From positions 1 through 38,470 of IMG/VR virus record IMGVR_UViG_3300045988_038517: a stretch of 38,470 nucleotides of DNA, one strand, 5' to 3'. Numbering within the stretch: position 1 is the first letter of the stretch; every line of letters starts with the position of its first letter. Shown in pieces: positions 29,574 to 36,799 of this stretch. Origin of the DNA: a virus. Below the pieces are notes generated by a model. The model worked only from the letters and a program-made list of their open reading frames with translations. It had not been told where the DNA came from and did not search any database. A program made the translations under genes and the position numbers.

Positions 29574-30287
29574 ATGGCAAATATCTGTCCCGTCTGCGGT
29601 GGCAAGTTGGGTCTGCTGAACCGCGAGAAGAGCGCGGACGGCCTGATCTGTTCTGGGTGCAGTAACTTTTTCTTTTCAAAATTGGGCATCCGGGCAGCAA
29701 AGCAACCGACAGATGCACTTGCTGCATACTGGGTGACGCTGGAACAGCGCCGTAAGACATTCAAGGAAACGGATTCCATCTATGACGGAGATTCTCTTTT
29801 CGTGTCCATTGACAAAATCAACCGTCTCTTTTTCTTCGGCCATCGTGGCGGGGATAAAGGCCAGCGTATGATCTACGGTTTCGATGAAGTTTCCGGGTAT
29901 GAGTCAGATGCGGACGACGTAATGGTCACTCAGTCCGTGGGTGGCATTGGACGTGCTGTGGTAGGCGCTGCCATTGCCGGGCCGGTTGGTGCGATCGTTG
30001 GCGCGTCCACTGCCAAAAGCGAGACAAGGAAGAGGCGCAGCAAGGAAAACGTCTCCATCCGCTTTGAGCTCCCTCTTGGGGAGCAGGTTCTGCCTGTCCA
30101 GAAGTATCCAGGCGGCATCACGGAGTTTTTGAAGGAATGCGTTTCCGGCAGGCAAAAGGCGTCAGCTTCAACAGGTGCGTCGGGAAGCGTTGCGGATGAG
30201 CTGCTGAAATTTAAACAACTTCTCGATCTCGGCGCCATCACCGAAGAGGAATACAACGCAAAGAAAGCGCGACTTCTTGACCTGTGA
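29574..30287 (+). CDS. Zinc-ribbon / glycine-zipper / SHOCT-domain protein
   Basis: 237 aa starting at MANICPVCGGKLG...CSGC (zinc ribbon). The central segment GGIGRAVVGAAIAGPVGAIVGAS is a glycine zipper. The C-terminal ADELLKFKQLLDLGAITEEEYNAKKARLLDL is a SHOCT motif. Confidence 0.7.
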   Translation: MANICPVCGGKLGLLNREKSADGLICSGCSNFFFSKLGIRAAKQPTDALAAYWVTLEQRRKTFKETDSIYDGDSLFVSIDKINRLFFFGHRGGDKGQRMIYGFDEVSGYESDADDVMVTQSVGGIGRAVVGAAIAGPVGAIVGASTAKSETRKRRSKENVSIRFELPLGEQVLPVQKYPGGITEFLKECVSGRQKASASTGASGSVADELLKFKQLLDLGAITEEEYNAKKARLLDL

Positions 30288-30455
30288 ATTTGTTCACAAC
30301 CACATTGTACAACCATTTAGTGTATTTGTCAATCAAATTTAATTGCGCAAGAATGCGCTGAAAATTCGACATTTGCGCTGAATCGCGCGATTTGCGCGCG
30401 CTTTTAAGCGAAAAACGCGCGGTTTGCATTTGCAATGTGCAAAATATGCACGTTG

Positions 30456-30668
30456 CTACTGCTTTCCGGTGTCAGGCCGTTGCAATTTTTGCAACAACTG
30501 GGCGGCGCACTCACCGCCGGGGCTGGCCGCTGCGGCGCGCAGGGCGTGAAGCCCGGTGATCTTGCGGCTGGCATACATGGCGGCGCGGGCTTGCTGTTCC
30601 GGGGTCATATCAACGTAGCAGGCAAGCGCGGCGCGGATGTGGCGACAAAACAGCTGCATCTTATCCAT
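30456..30668 (-). CDS. Hypothetical small protein
   Basis: 70 aa. GGGAGGA lies 7 nt before the ATG. Confidence 0.45.
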   Translation of the reverse strand: MDKMQLFCRHIRAALACYVDMTPEQQARAAMYASRKITGLHALRAAAASPGGECAAQLLQKLQRPDTGKQ

Positions 30669-30671
30669 AGG

Positions 30672-30782
30672 TTATTCCTCCCAGGGCTGCGGTGTGCGGT
30701 CGGTGCCGGTCAGAACGCTGGCGGGCATTCCGTCAATGAGGGTCATTTCGTTTTCTTTACTGTTTCTTTGCTCTAAATCCAT
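30672..30782 (-). CDS. 36-aa micro-ORF
   Basis: MDLEQRNSKENEMTLIDGMPASVLTGTDRTPQPWEE. AGGAGGAA lies 8 nt before the ATG. Its stop is 3 nt before the next gene's ATG, and that gene's RBS lies within its last codons. Confidence 0.35.
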   Translation of the reverse strand: MDLEQRNSKENEMTLIDGMPASVLTGTDRTPQPWEE

Positions 30783-30829
30783 TTTGTTTTCCTCCTGATT
30801 TTTGGCGATTGTGTCAATCTATGTACCAA

Positions 30830-30857
30830 ATTTTACCATGCGCCAGAGGAAATTGAA
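30830..30857 (-). promoter_or_regulatory. Possible promoter TTCAAT-16-TAAAAT for the two small minus-strand genes
   Basis: Minus strand ..TTCAATttcctctggcgcatggTAAAAT.., about 50 nt upstream of the ATG at 30782. Confidence 0.35.
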
Positions 30858-30877
30858 ATCAGCAATCATTTTGTCGA

Positions 30878-30915
30878 ACGGCGCAGAAAAATTCTGCGTC
30901 GTTTTTTGTTTGTTT
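30878..30915 (+). terminator. Intrinsic terminator upstream of the XRE-int operon
   Basis: 11-bp stem ACGGCGCAGAA/TTCTGCGTCGT (one G-U pair), loop AAA, then TTTTTGTTTGTTT. Confidence 0.65.
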
Positions 30916-30946
30916 CGCGCAATATATTTCGAGGGGAAGGACGAGT

Positions 30947-31540
30947 ATGAGTTATTTTACGGCGGCTAAAATTGGCACTGCGCTTGCAAAAGCGCGTGTG
31001 GAAGCGGGCTTGAGCCAGCGGGAAATGGCGCACCTGATCGGAATGACCGAGCGCACCGTGCAGAACTGGGAAAAAGGGCAGTCAAGCCCAGACGGTGACG
31101 AGATCATGGACTGGTTCACCGCCTGCGGGGCTTCCCCGCTTGCTGCAATGCAAGAGATGCTGCACCCGGAGCTGTATCGGAAGCAGGCCACCAACATGAC
31201 GGACGAGGAGCTGGATGCAGCGATAGCGGGCTTTTTGGACACCTCTCCACGCATCGTTAAAGAAATGATTCTCTTCATCGTGCTGGGCAAACACGGCAGC
31301 TATCCCCCGGCGGCGATCGCCGAAATCTGCGCAAACCTTCACACGCCGCTGCAAAACAAGGTTTCGGTCTGCGGTCAGGTGCTGGATAACTATAACTGCG
31401 CCGTTGCCACCCATACGGACCCCGTGCCAGATGATGTGCACCCGCCGTTGGATTTGCTGGAGACCTCGTACAAGGCAGGCAAGGAAGCTTCCAGACGCGG
31501 AGAAACCGCCTATATGACCAAGAAAGGGCAAAAAGAATGA
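30947..31540 (+). CDS. XRE-family HTH protein with a C-terminal domain, translationally coupled to the integrase
   Basis: 197 aa. ..ALAKARVEAGLSQREMAHLIGMTERTVQNWEKGQSSP is an HTH_3 pattern. The stop overlaps the int ATG (ATGA). Confidence 0.75.
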   Translation: MSYFTAAKIGTALAKARVEAGLSQREMAHLIGMTERTVQNWEKGQSSPDGDEIMDWFTACGASPLAAMQEMLHPELYRKQATNMTDEELDAAIAGFLDTSPRIVKEMILFIVLGKHGSYPPAAIAEICANLHTPLQNKVSVCGQVLDNYNCAVATHTDPVPDDVHPPLDLLETSYKAGKEASRRGETAYMTKKGQKE

Positions 31541-32727
31541 ACTGTATCAGATGCAAGCGAGAGATCCCGGACGGCGCTGCATTCTGCCCATGGTGTGGCA
31601 AGCGTCAGCCGGAGACCGCACAGCCCGCGCAAAGAAAAAAGCGCCGCCGCCCAAAGGGCAGCGGCAGTGTGCGAAAATTGACCGATTCCCATAGATCCCG
31701 CCCGTGGATGGCCAGAACGGGCAAAGGAGAGCTTTTGGGGATGTTCGCCACGTCATCCGAAGCGGTCATTGCATTGGACGAGTACAACGCCAAGCATTCG
31801 AGCGTCGCGCGGATGCGGTACACCTTCAAGGATGTCTATGAACGATGGAATGCTGTGCATTTCAAGGAAGTGGGTGAAAATGGCCGGTACAGCTACGAGC
31901 AGGCATATACAAAGGCCTCTTCCCTCTGGGATTGCGAAATGCGGGAGCTGAAGACCGAGGACTATCAAAAGATCATCACTGAGCTGGCCGAGGCCGGGCT
32001 TTCGCGAAGCACCTGTGAGAAGCAGCGGCAGCTCTTCAGCCAGCTTTGCAAGTGGGCCATGCAGAACGATATCATCTCAATCAACTATGCGGAGGGGCTG
32101 AAGCTGCCCGCGCCCCCGCCCAAAAAGGAACGCACCCTCACAGACGAAGAGATCTCCAAGATTCAGGCTCTTGCCGATGATCGCAGCAAAAACAACCGGT
32201 TCCGCTTTACCGCTCAATTTTCCATTGTGCTGGTTTATACTGGGATGCGCATTGATGAGCTGCTTTCCATGCGCCGGGATGATGTGCATCTGGATGCCGG
32301 GTATCTGATCGGCGGCGAAAAGACCGATGCAGGCCGTCAGCGAATGATTCCAATTCTCGACCCCATCCGCACCATCCTGGCCGGTTGGATGCTGGATAGC
32401 CTGGGCAGCGAGTATCTGCTCCCAACGGCCAACGGGCGCAAGAAGGACGTGAACACGGTCGAGCATTCTTTCCGCCGGATGATGGAGGTCTGCGAGATCA
32501 ACAGGCCCAACACGCCGAAGGAAAAGCGCGTCACCCCGCATTCTCTTCGCCGAACCGCTGCGACCCGCCTTGTGGAAGGCAAGGCAGAACCGACTGCCGT
32601 ACAGGCCATTCTTGGCCACTCCGATTTCACCACTACGGCGGACTATTACACCGCCCACAGCACCGATTATCTGGCCGAAGAAATGAAAAAGTTCAAGTAT
32701 GTAAAGGAACAAAAAGAGAACAAATAG
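31537..32727 (+). CDS. int: Tyrosine site-specific integrase with an N-terminal zinc ribbon
   Basis: 396 aa. CIRCKREIPDGAAFCPWCG. The catalytic region has ..RIDELLSMRRDDV.., HSLRRTAATRL and ILGHSDFTTTADYYTA (R..HxxR..Y pattern). Confidence 0.9.
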   Translation: MNCIRCKREIPDGAAFCPWCGKRQPETAQPAQRKKRRRPKGSGSVRKLTDSHRSRPWMARTGKGELLGMFATSSEAVIALDEYNAKHSSVARMRYTFKDVYERWNAVHFKEVGENGRYSYEQAYTKASSLWDCEMRELKTEDYQKIITELAEAGLSRSTCEKQRQLFSQLCKWAMQNDIISINYAEGLKLPAPPPKKERTLTDEEISKIQALADDRSKNNRFRFTAQFSIVLVYTGMRIDELLSMRRDDVHLDAGYLIGGEKTDAGRQRMIPILDPIRTILAGWMLDSLGSEYLLPTANGRKKDVNTVEHSFRRMMEVCEINRPNTPKEKRVTPHSLRRTAATRLVEGKAEPTAVQAILGHSDFTTTADYYTAHSTDYLAEEMKKFKYVKEQKENK

Positions 32728-32757
32728 CCATATTGCATCGTTACTTCGACGTTTTTT

Positions 32758-32807
32758 CTTGCTTCCCAAGCAGTAGGCGGCGGGTTCGAGTCCCGTATCC
32801 TGCTCCA
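32758..32807 (+). other. attP core: 3' portion (positions ~27-76) of a tRNA-Gly(CCC) gene
   Basis: CTTGC-TTCCCAA-GCAGT (anticodon arm, CCC), AGGCG, T arm GCGGG-TTCGAGT-CCCGT, acceptor 3' strand ATCCTGC, U73, CCA. No matching 5' half lies upstream. It sits 30 bp after int. Confidence 0.7.
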
Positions 32808-32812
32808 AAATA

Positions 32813-32860
32813 AAGCGGCAGAACGTCTCATTTTTGAGAGATTCTGCCGCTTTTCTTTTT
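32813..32860 (+). terminator. Intrinsic terminator following the tRNA fragment
   Basis: 11-bp stem AAGCGGCAGAA/TTCTGCCGCTT, extended by inner TCTC/GAGA pairs, then TTCTTTTT. Confidence 0.7.
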
Positions 32861-32928
32861 GATTCAAACCTAAAAACAACGTAGATTATCCTGGATACTT
32901 GTGATAAAGGAACAAATAAAGGAACGAA

Positions 32929-33261
32929 TCACATGGATTTGAGCCTGTATATAATCGAACTGTACTCTTTTGGGTACACAAGCTTTATACTATCCATGTG
33001 CTTGTCTAGCACCTCCATCAACCCGCTGAACGGCACAGCGCTTGCAGCCTCTACAAATTCGCTCTGCGGTTCTTGTGGTCTTGTGGAATACTCTATTTGT
33101 CTGGCTGGTTCAGGCTGCGGAGAAGAGCTGCTTTCCCGGCTTTCCGCTTCGCTCAGTTCATTTCTCACAGTGCAGAGGGCGGCAAGCTTTTCCACGCTCT
33201 GCCAGTTCGTTTCTTCGCATTTCAGTTTGCGGATGTGCTCGTTGATCTCCACGATGTCCAT
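32929..33261 (-). CDS. Cargo cassette gene 8: hypothetical protein
   Basis: 110 aa starting at MDIVEINEHIRKLKC. AAGGAGGGTGG RBS. Central Ser/Pro/Glu-rich linker. Confidence 0.5.
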   Translation of the reverse strand: MDIVEINEHIRKLKCEETNWQSVEKLAALCTVRNELSEAESRESSSSPQPEPARQIEYSTRPQEPQSEFVEAASAVPFSGLMEVLDKHMDSIKLVYPKEYSSIIYRLKSM

Positions 33262-33278
33262 GCCTGCCACCCTCCTTA

Positions 33279-33677
33279 TCACATACTGCGCAGAATGTCA
33301 AGAGCGCGCTTATACGCGTCACGCTCGTTGCCGGTCGCGTCCTGCATCATGTTTTCGATGTCGGAAATCATCCGTTCCCGGCCATCACCGCGCGAGTAGT
33401 GCCCGCGTACATAATGCCGCCCACGGTTTGCGTAGCTGTTGCCTTGGCCATAGTTTTCGGTACGTCCGTAGTTGCCGCGCATATCAGCTTCCCACTCACC
33501 AGCGCGGCTGTAATCGCCGTCCTCCAGCATCATGATCTTGTCGATGTTTTTGATGGTGTCGGTCAGCTTGTGAACGGTATCCAATGTACGCTCATTCAGG
33601 CCGTTCTTTGCATCGCGGTTGTACTCATCCAGCTCTTCGCAGAGCATTTCCCGCAGATTATAAAGATTCTTACTCAT
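33279..33677 (-). CDS. Cargo cassette gene 7: hypothetical protein with a Gly/Arg/Tyr-rich centre
   Basis: 132 aa with an AAAGGAG RBS. Helical ends flank ..RGNYGRTENYGQGNSYANRGRHYVRGHYSRGDGRE... Confidence 0.55.
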   Translation of the reverse strand: MSKNLYNLREMLCEELDEYNRDAKNGLNERTLDTVHKLTDTIKNIDKIMMLEDGDYSRAGEWEADMRGNYGRTENYGQGNSYANRGRHYVRGHYSRGDGRERMISDIENMMQDATGNERDAYKRALDILRSM

Positions 33678-33692
33678 GTTGTACTCCTTTCT

Positions 33693-34115
33693 TTATGCAA
33701 CGCGCTCAACAATCAGATTGCTATTTGCGATGCTGATCGCCTGCGCGCTGGTGTTTTTGAGCGCCACAGTAACGCAGCATCCACGGGGGACTTCCACGAA
33801 AACCTCCGTAAAGACGTTGCTGTACTGATCCACTGCCGCCGGGGTGACGATTGCGGTGGCGCTGTTGAGCGCCTCTCCGCCGACAGCCAGCGCCACAGAG
33901 ATAGCGCCCACAGTGCCCCCGGTAGGGATGGCGATGTTTCCGCCAAAGCTCACTTTGAACAGTGCTTTACACTGATTCGTAAGCCCACGCAGCGTCACAT
34001 TGCCAGCACCTGCTCGGTGGTTGATGCAGTTTGACCCCTTGATAGCGGTTTCGGTCAAGGGAAGATTCTGACCGGCTGCCACGGTCTGAATCGTGGTAGA
34101 GGTAAATTCAGCCAT
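33693..34115 (-). CDS. Cargo cassette gene 6: predicted all-beta (jelly-roll, BclA-C/C1q-like pattern) protein
   Basis: 140 aa starting at MAEFTSTT, with a GGAGGA RBS. The alternating pattern ..GNVTLRGL..ALFKVSFGGNIAIPTGGTVGAISVALAVGGEAL..VFVEVPRGCCVTVALKNTS..ISIANSNLIVERV suggests this fold. The fold call is a guess. Confidence 0.55.
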   Translation of the reverse strand: MAEFTSTTIQTVAAGQNLPLTETAIKGSNCINHRAGAGNVTLRGLTNQCKALFKVSFGGNIAIPTGGTVGAISVALAVGGEALNSATAIVTPAAVDQYSNVFTEVFVEVPRGCCVTVALKNTSAQAISIANSNLIVERVA

Positions 34116-34329
34116 TATTCGCGTCCTCCTTTTCTGCACAGACATCCGCTTTACTTGCATAGATGTTTTTCAGCACATCCATGCAGGAAGCCGAAAAGTC
34201 CGGTCGTTCAGTGTCCAGCAAAGTCCGCACGATTGAACTGTATACGCTCAGATCCATCATGCTCATTTTGTTTTTGTCCATGCTGGCCAAATGGTCAACA
34301 AACTGCTGCTTCAAGTCTGTTACGGTCAT
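34108..34329 (-). CDS. Cargo cassette gene 5: hypothetical small protein
   Basis: 73 aa starting at MTVTDLKQQF. AAAGGAG RBS. 8-nt overlap with gene 6. Confidence 0.5.
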   Translation of the reverse strand: MTVTDLKQQFVDHLASMDKNKMSMMDLSVYSSIVRTLLDTERPDFSASCMDVLKNIYASKADVCAEKEDANNG

Positions 34330-34443
34330 TTGAATGCTCCTTTCATAATAAAAACGCCGGGACTGCTGCCCCGGCGCTCTGGTTTGCAAAATCAGCTCTG
34401 GGGCTGAACAGGCTACAAATTGTAGTCAGTTGCCGTGATTCAG

Positions 34444-35292
34444 TTATGCGCAGCTGCCGCAGCCGGTCCCACAGCCATAGTAAATGGCGTTGGGGTTGGG
34501 CACCTGATAGGCAGGCACGGGAGCTTTCTGCTGCAGAGTCCCGATGATCTGGTTGGTCTGCGCGTTCATCGCGGTGGTCAGGAACGCGCTCTGGCGATCC
34601 TGAGAAGCAGCCCGGCGCAGCTCGTTGTTCTCGCTCTGCAGGGTGGCGATCTTATCATTGGTCAGGAAGTCGAGCACCGCGCGGGTGTTGCTGTTCTGAT
34701 TCTCGATGATGTCCCTGGTGTTGTTGTTCATGGTGTTCTGAGTTGCGCAGAAGCCCTGCTGCATCTGGTTCCGGGTGTCGCACTCCTGCGTGGCCATATT
34801 GTAGTTGACGCCCTGGATCGCGGTCTGGGTCTTGCAGCAGCAGTCTGCCAGCTGTGTAGCCAGAGCATTCTGCCCCTGCATCAGCGCAACGTTGGTGCTG
34901 TTGAAGCCCTGCTGCATGGCGTTGGTGACACCGTTCAGGCCCTGCTGCACGCCGTTGAAACCCTGAAGCATCCCGGTGTTCATGGCATAAAAGCCATCAC
35001 ACAGGCCGCTTTCCAGCCCGTTTAGCTTGTTCATGACGCTCTGGTTGTCGAAGCCGCGCTGCAGGTCTGCCTGGGTCACTGCGCTGGTCATATAAGGCGA
35101 AGCACCGCCCATGCCCATACCGCCGCCCCAGCCAAAGCCGCCCATGCCACCCCAGCCGAACATGCCGAAGATCAGAAAGAGGACAATCCAGCCCATCCAG
35201 TCGCCGCCCCAGCCATTACAACCATTGTTATAGCTGTTGTTGGCAGGCTGCACCGGCATGGTCAGGACTGCGCTATCGGAAGATAAAGACAT
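34444..35292 (-). CDS. Cargo cassette gene 4: membrane protein with a Gly/Trp-rich TM region, Q/N-rich QGF repeats and a Cys-rich C-terminus
   Basis: 282 aa with an AAAGGAG RBS. ..NGWGGDWMGWIVLFLIFGMFGWGGMGGFGWGGGMGMGG.. Repeated (L/M)QQGF(N) units follow, and the protein ends YYGCGTGCGSCA. Confidence 0.6.
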   Translation of the reverse strand: MSLSSDSAVLTMPVQPANNSYNNGCNGWGGDWMGWIVLFLIFGMFGWGGMGGFGWGGGMGMGGASPYMTSAVTQADLQRGFDNQSVMNKLNGLESGLCDGFYAMNTGMLQGFNGVQQGLNGVTNAMQQGFNSTNVALMQGQNALATQLADCCCKTQTAIQGVNYNMATQECDTRNQMQQGFCATQNTMNNNTRDIIENQNSNTRAVLDFLTNDKIATLQSENNELRRAASQDRQSAFLTTAMNAQTNQIIGTLQQKAPVPAYQVPNPNAIYYGCGTGCGSCA

Positions 35293-35345
35293 AATCTTGC
35301 TCCTTTCGTGTTTTTTGAAACATTTATTCTAAATGCGGCCGCATT

Positions 35346-35570
35346 TTAGAATCCAAACATGTTTTTCATGCCGTTGAGCATCGGCGCGATCTGCTGCGCC
35401 CGCTGCTGAATGGCGTTGAGCTGCTGTTGTGAGAGCTTCCCTGAAGTGAGCATCTGGTTTATCATCTCCTGCGGGTTCTTGCCCTGCATCTGGCCCATAA
35501 ACTGTTGAAACTGCCCGCCAATGGGGTTCTGGGTCTGTCGGCCCATCGAGTTATACAAGCTGCTGCTCAT
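35346..35570 (-). CDS. Cargo cassette gene 3: small Q-rich protein
   Basis: 74 aa with an AAAGGAGAG RBS. ..GGQFQQFMGQMQGKNPQEMINQMLTSGKLSQQQLNAIQQRAQQIAPMLNGMKNMFGF. Confidence 0.55.
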   Translation of the reverse strand: MSSSLYNSMGRQTQNPIGGQFQQFMGQMQGKNPQEMINQMLTSGKLSQQQLNAIQQRAQQIAPMLNGMKNMFGF

Positions 35571-35573
35571 CGT

Positions 35574-36014
35574 TTAGCTCTCCTTTTCCGGCTCTTGTGC
35601 TTCCTGCTTCTCCAACGCCGCCAGCTTTGCCGCCAGCGCATCGAACTCCTTACGGGTGACATACTCCCCGCCTGCGGCTTGCGTGGCTGCAATCGACGCT
35701 TTGGGACCTCCGGTGCGTTCCTTGTAGTCGTAGATGCGGAGCGGGAACGGCCTGCCGTCCTGCCCAACCTCTTTGATGTAAAATGTATCGGAATCGGCAT
35801 CCAGTAAAAGCACCCGGCTCCCGTTGGCGACCAAATATCCGCGCGCTGCAGCCTCGCCCTGCACCCAGATAAAGCCGCTGTCAGCCGGTGCGGCCTGTGC
35901 CTGCATTGCCGGCATCATGACAGGCTGAGGCTGGTATTGCGCCGCCCGGAGTTGTTCCAACTGCCCCTGTGGCTGTTGGTAGTACGTCTGCGGGTATCCG
36001 TTATAAATCGGCAT
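35574..36014 (-). CDS. Cargo cassette gene 2: P/Q-rich N-terminus, small beta domain and C-terminal coiled coil
   Basis: 146 aa with an AAGGAGGA RBS. ..GFIWVQGEAAARGYLVANGSRVLLLDADSDTFYIKEVGQDGRPFPLRIYDYKERT.. is a motif I have seen in Firmicutes phage proteins of unknown function. Confidence 0.55.
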   Translation of the reverse strand: MPIYNGYPQTYYQQPQGQLEQLRAAQYQPQPVMMPAMQAQAAPADSGFIWVQGEAAARGYLVANGSRVLLLDADSDTFYIKEVGQDGRPFPLRIYDYKERTGGPKASIAATQAAGGEYVTRKEFDALAAKLAALEKQEAQEPEKES

Positions 36015-36017
36015 TGC

Positions 36018-36395
36018 TTAGTCCTCCTTATACCAGTAGTAGATCGGGCACTCCCTGCCGCTGTCCCAGCTGTCCCACCACTCGCCGTTGACCACAGCCA
36101 GAACGTGACCAGAGCAGCCCAGAACGTAGATCCCGCGCGGGCACTCCCTTGCAAAATCCTCCACGGTATAGCAGGTGGAGCAGTCTGCCTCGACAAGACG
36201 GCGCTTGAATCCGCGCTTTTGGAGGTACGCGCCCCATGTGCGGTTAGCGCTTGGCATATCGCCCAACGCATAGCCCATCATTGCAAGCCCTACATACGCC
36301 TGCTCCCAGCTTTGCCCGGTGGCAGCTGCAACGGCTCGCACTGCACAGTCTCCGACGCTGCTGCCGCGCGGGTTTGGGTTGAACTTGTGCCACAT
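36018..36395 (-). CDS. Cargo cassette gene 1: predicted papain-like/C39-like Cys-His peptidase-fold protein
   Basis: 125 aa with an AAAGGAGGGG RBS. FNPNPRGSSVGDCAVRAVAAATGQSWEQAY (Cys) ... GIYVLGCSGHVLAVVNGEWWDSWDSG (His) is a widespread phage family. The catalytic assignment is inference. Confidence 0.6.
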   Translation of the reverse strand: MWHKFNPNPRGSSVGDCAVRAVAAATGQSWEQAYVGLAMMGYALGDMPSANRTWGAYLQKRGFKRRLVEADCSTCYTVEDFARECPRGIYVLGCSGHVLAVVNGEWWDSWDSGRECPIYYWYKED

Positions 36396-36465
36396 GAGCG
36401 CCCCTCCTTTTGCGGTTATCGTACCAGAATGTCACACCGGGAGAGACAACGAGCGCCAAACGAAG

Positions 36466-36512
36466 GACAAAAAAGAAAAGCGCCCACACGGCATTACACC
36501 GCGTGAGCGCTT
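36466..36512 (-). terminator. Strong intrinsic terminator between the RHH gene and the cargo cassette
   Basis: Minus strand AAGCGCTCACGCGG-TGTAAT-GCCGTGTGGGCGCTT forms a ~14-bp stem with G-U pairs, followed by TTCTTTTTTG. Confidence 0.7.
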
Positions 36513-36532
36513 AATTTTTCAGCTATTCTATT

Positions 36533-36799
36533 TTACAGATTCTTGATTTGTTCTAGCAATGCAGCCCGCCGAACTTCCGTCTCTGCATCCCCCGGCGGCG
36601 CTTCTGGCTCTTCCGGCACGGGGTGGGCGTCAATATAGTCCCGTACCGCCTGCTGTAAAACGGCGTTCGAGGTCGTATCTTCTGCCGCACAAGCCGCTTT
36701 GAACTTGTCAGCAACTTCCTTCCTCACCTTGCAGGCCAGCACCGTCATGTTCTCTTTGTCCCATTTTGCGTTTGCTCTCTTTTGAGATTCCGAAGTCAT
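36533..36799 (-). CDS. Ribbon-helix-helix (Arc/Mnt/CopG-like) regulator
   Basis: 88 aa starting at MTSESQKRANAKWDKENMTVLACKVRKEVADKFKAACAAEDTTSNAVLQQAVRDYI (strand-helix-helix pattern). AGGAGG lies 7 nt upstream. It is divergent from the antirepressor operon. Confidence 0.7.
   Translation of the reverse strand: MTSESQKRANAKWDKENMTVLACKVRKEVADKFKAACAAEDTTSNAVLQQAVRDYIDAHPVPEEPEAPPGDAETEVRRAALLEQIKNL

Noticed and set aside
30288-30455. ATTTGCGC repeats as integrase arm-type sites or a second ori
   Set aside because: They lie 2.3 kb from the attP core, and no AT-rich unwinding element or initiator gene is nearby. With only three imperfect copies I cannot support either claim, so they are mentioned only as repeats in the lysogeny-cargo finding.
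32077-32808. 243-aa minus-strand ORF
   Set aside because: It runs antisense to the integrase gene and through the attP tRNA fragment. No RBS and shadow composition.
35331-35346. Perfect 16-bp palindrome AAATGCGGCCGCATTT as a terminator
   Set aside because: No T-run follows on either strand, and the stem would be only 6 bp with a GGCC loop. I kept it only as a note inside the cargo-cassette finding, as a possible protein-binding site.
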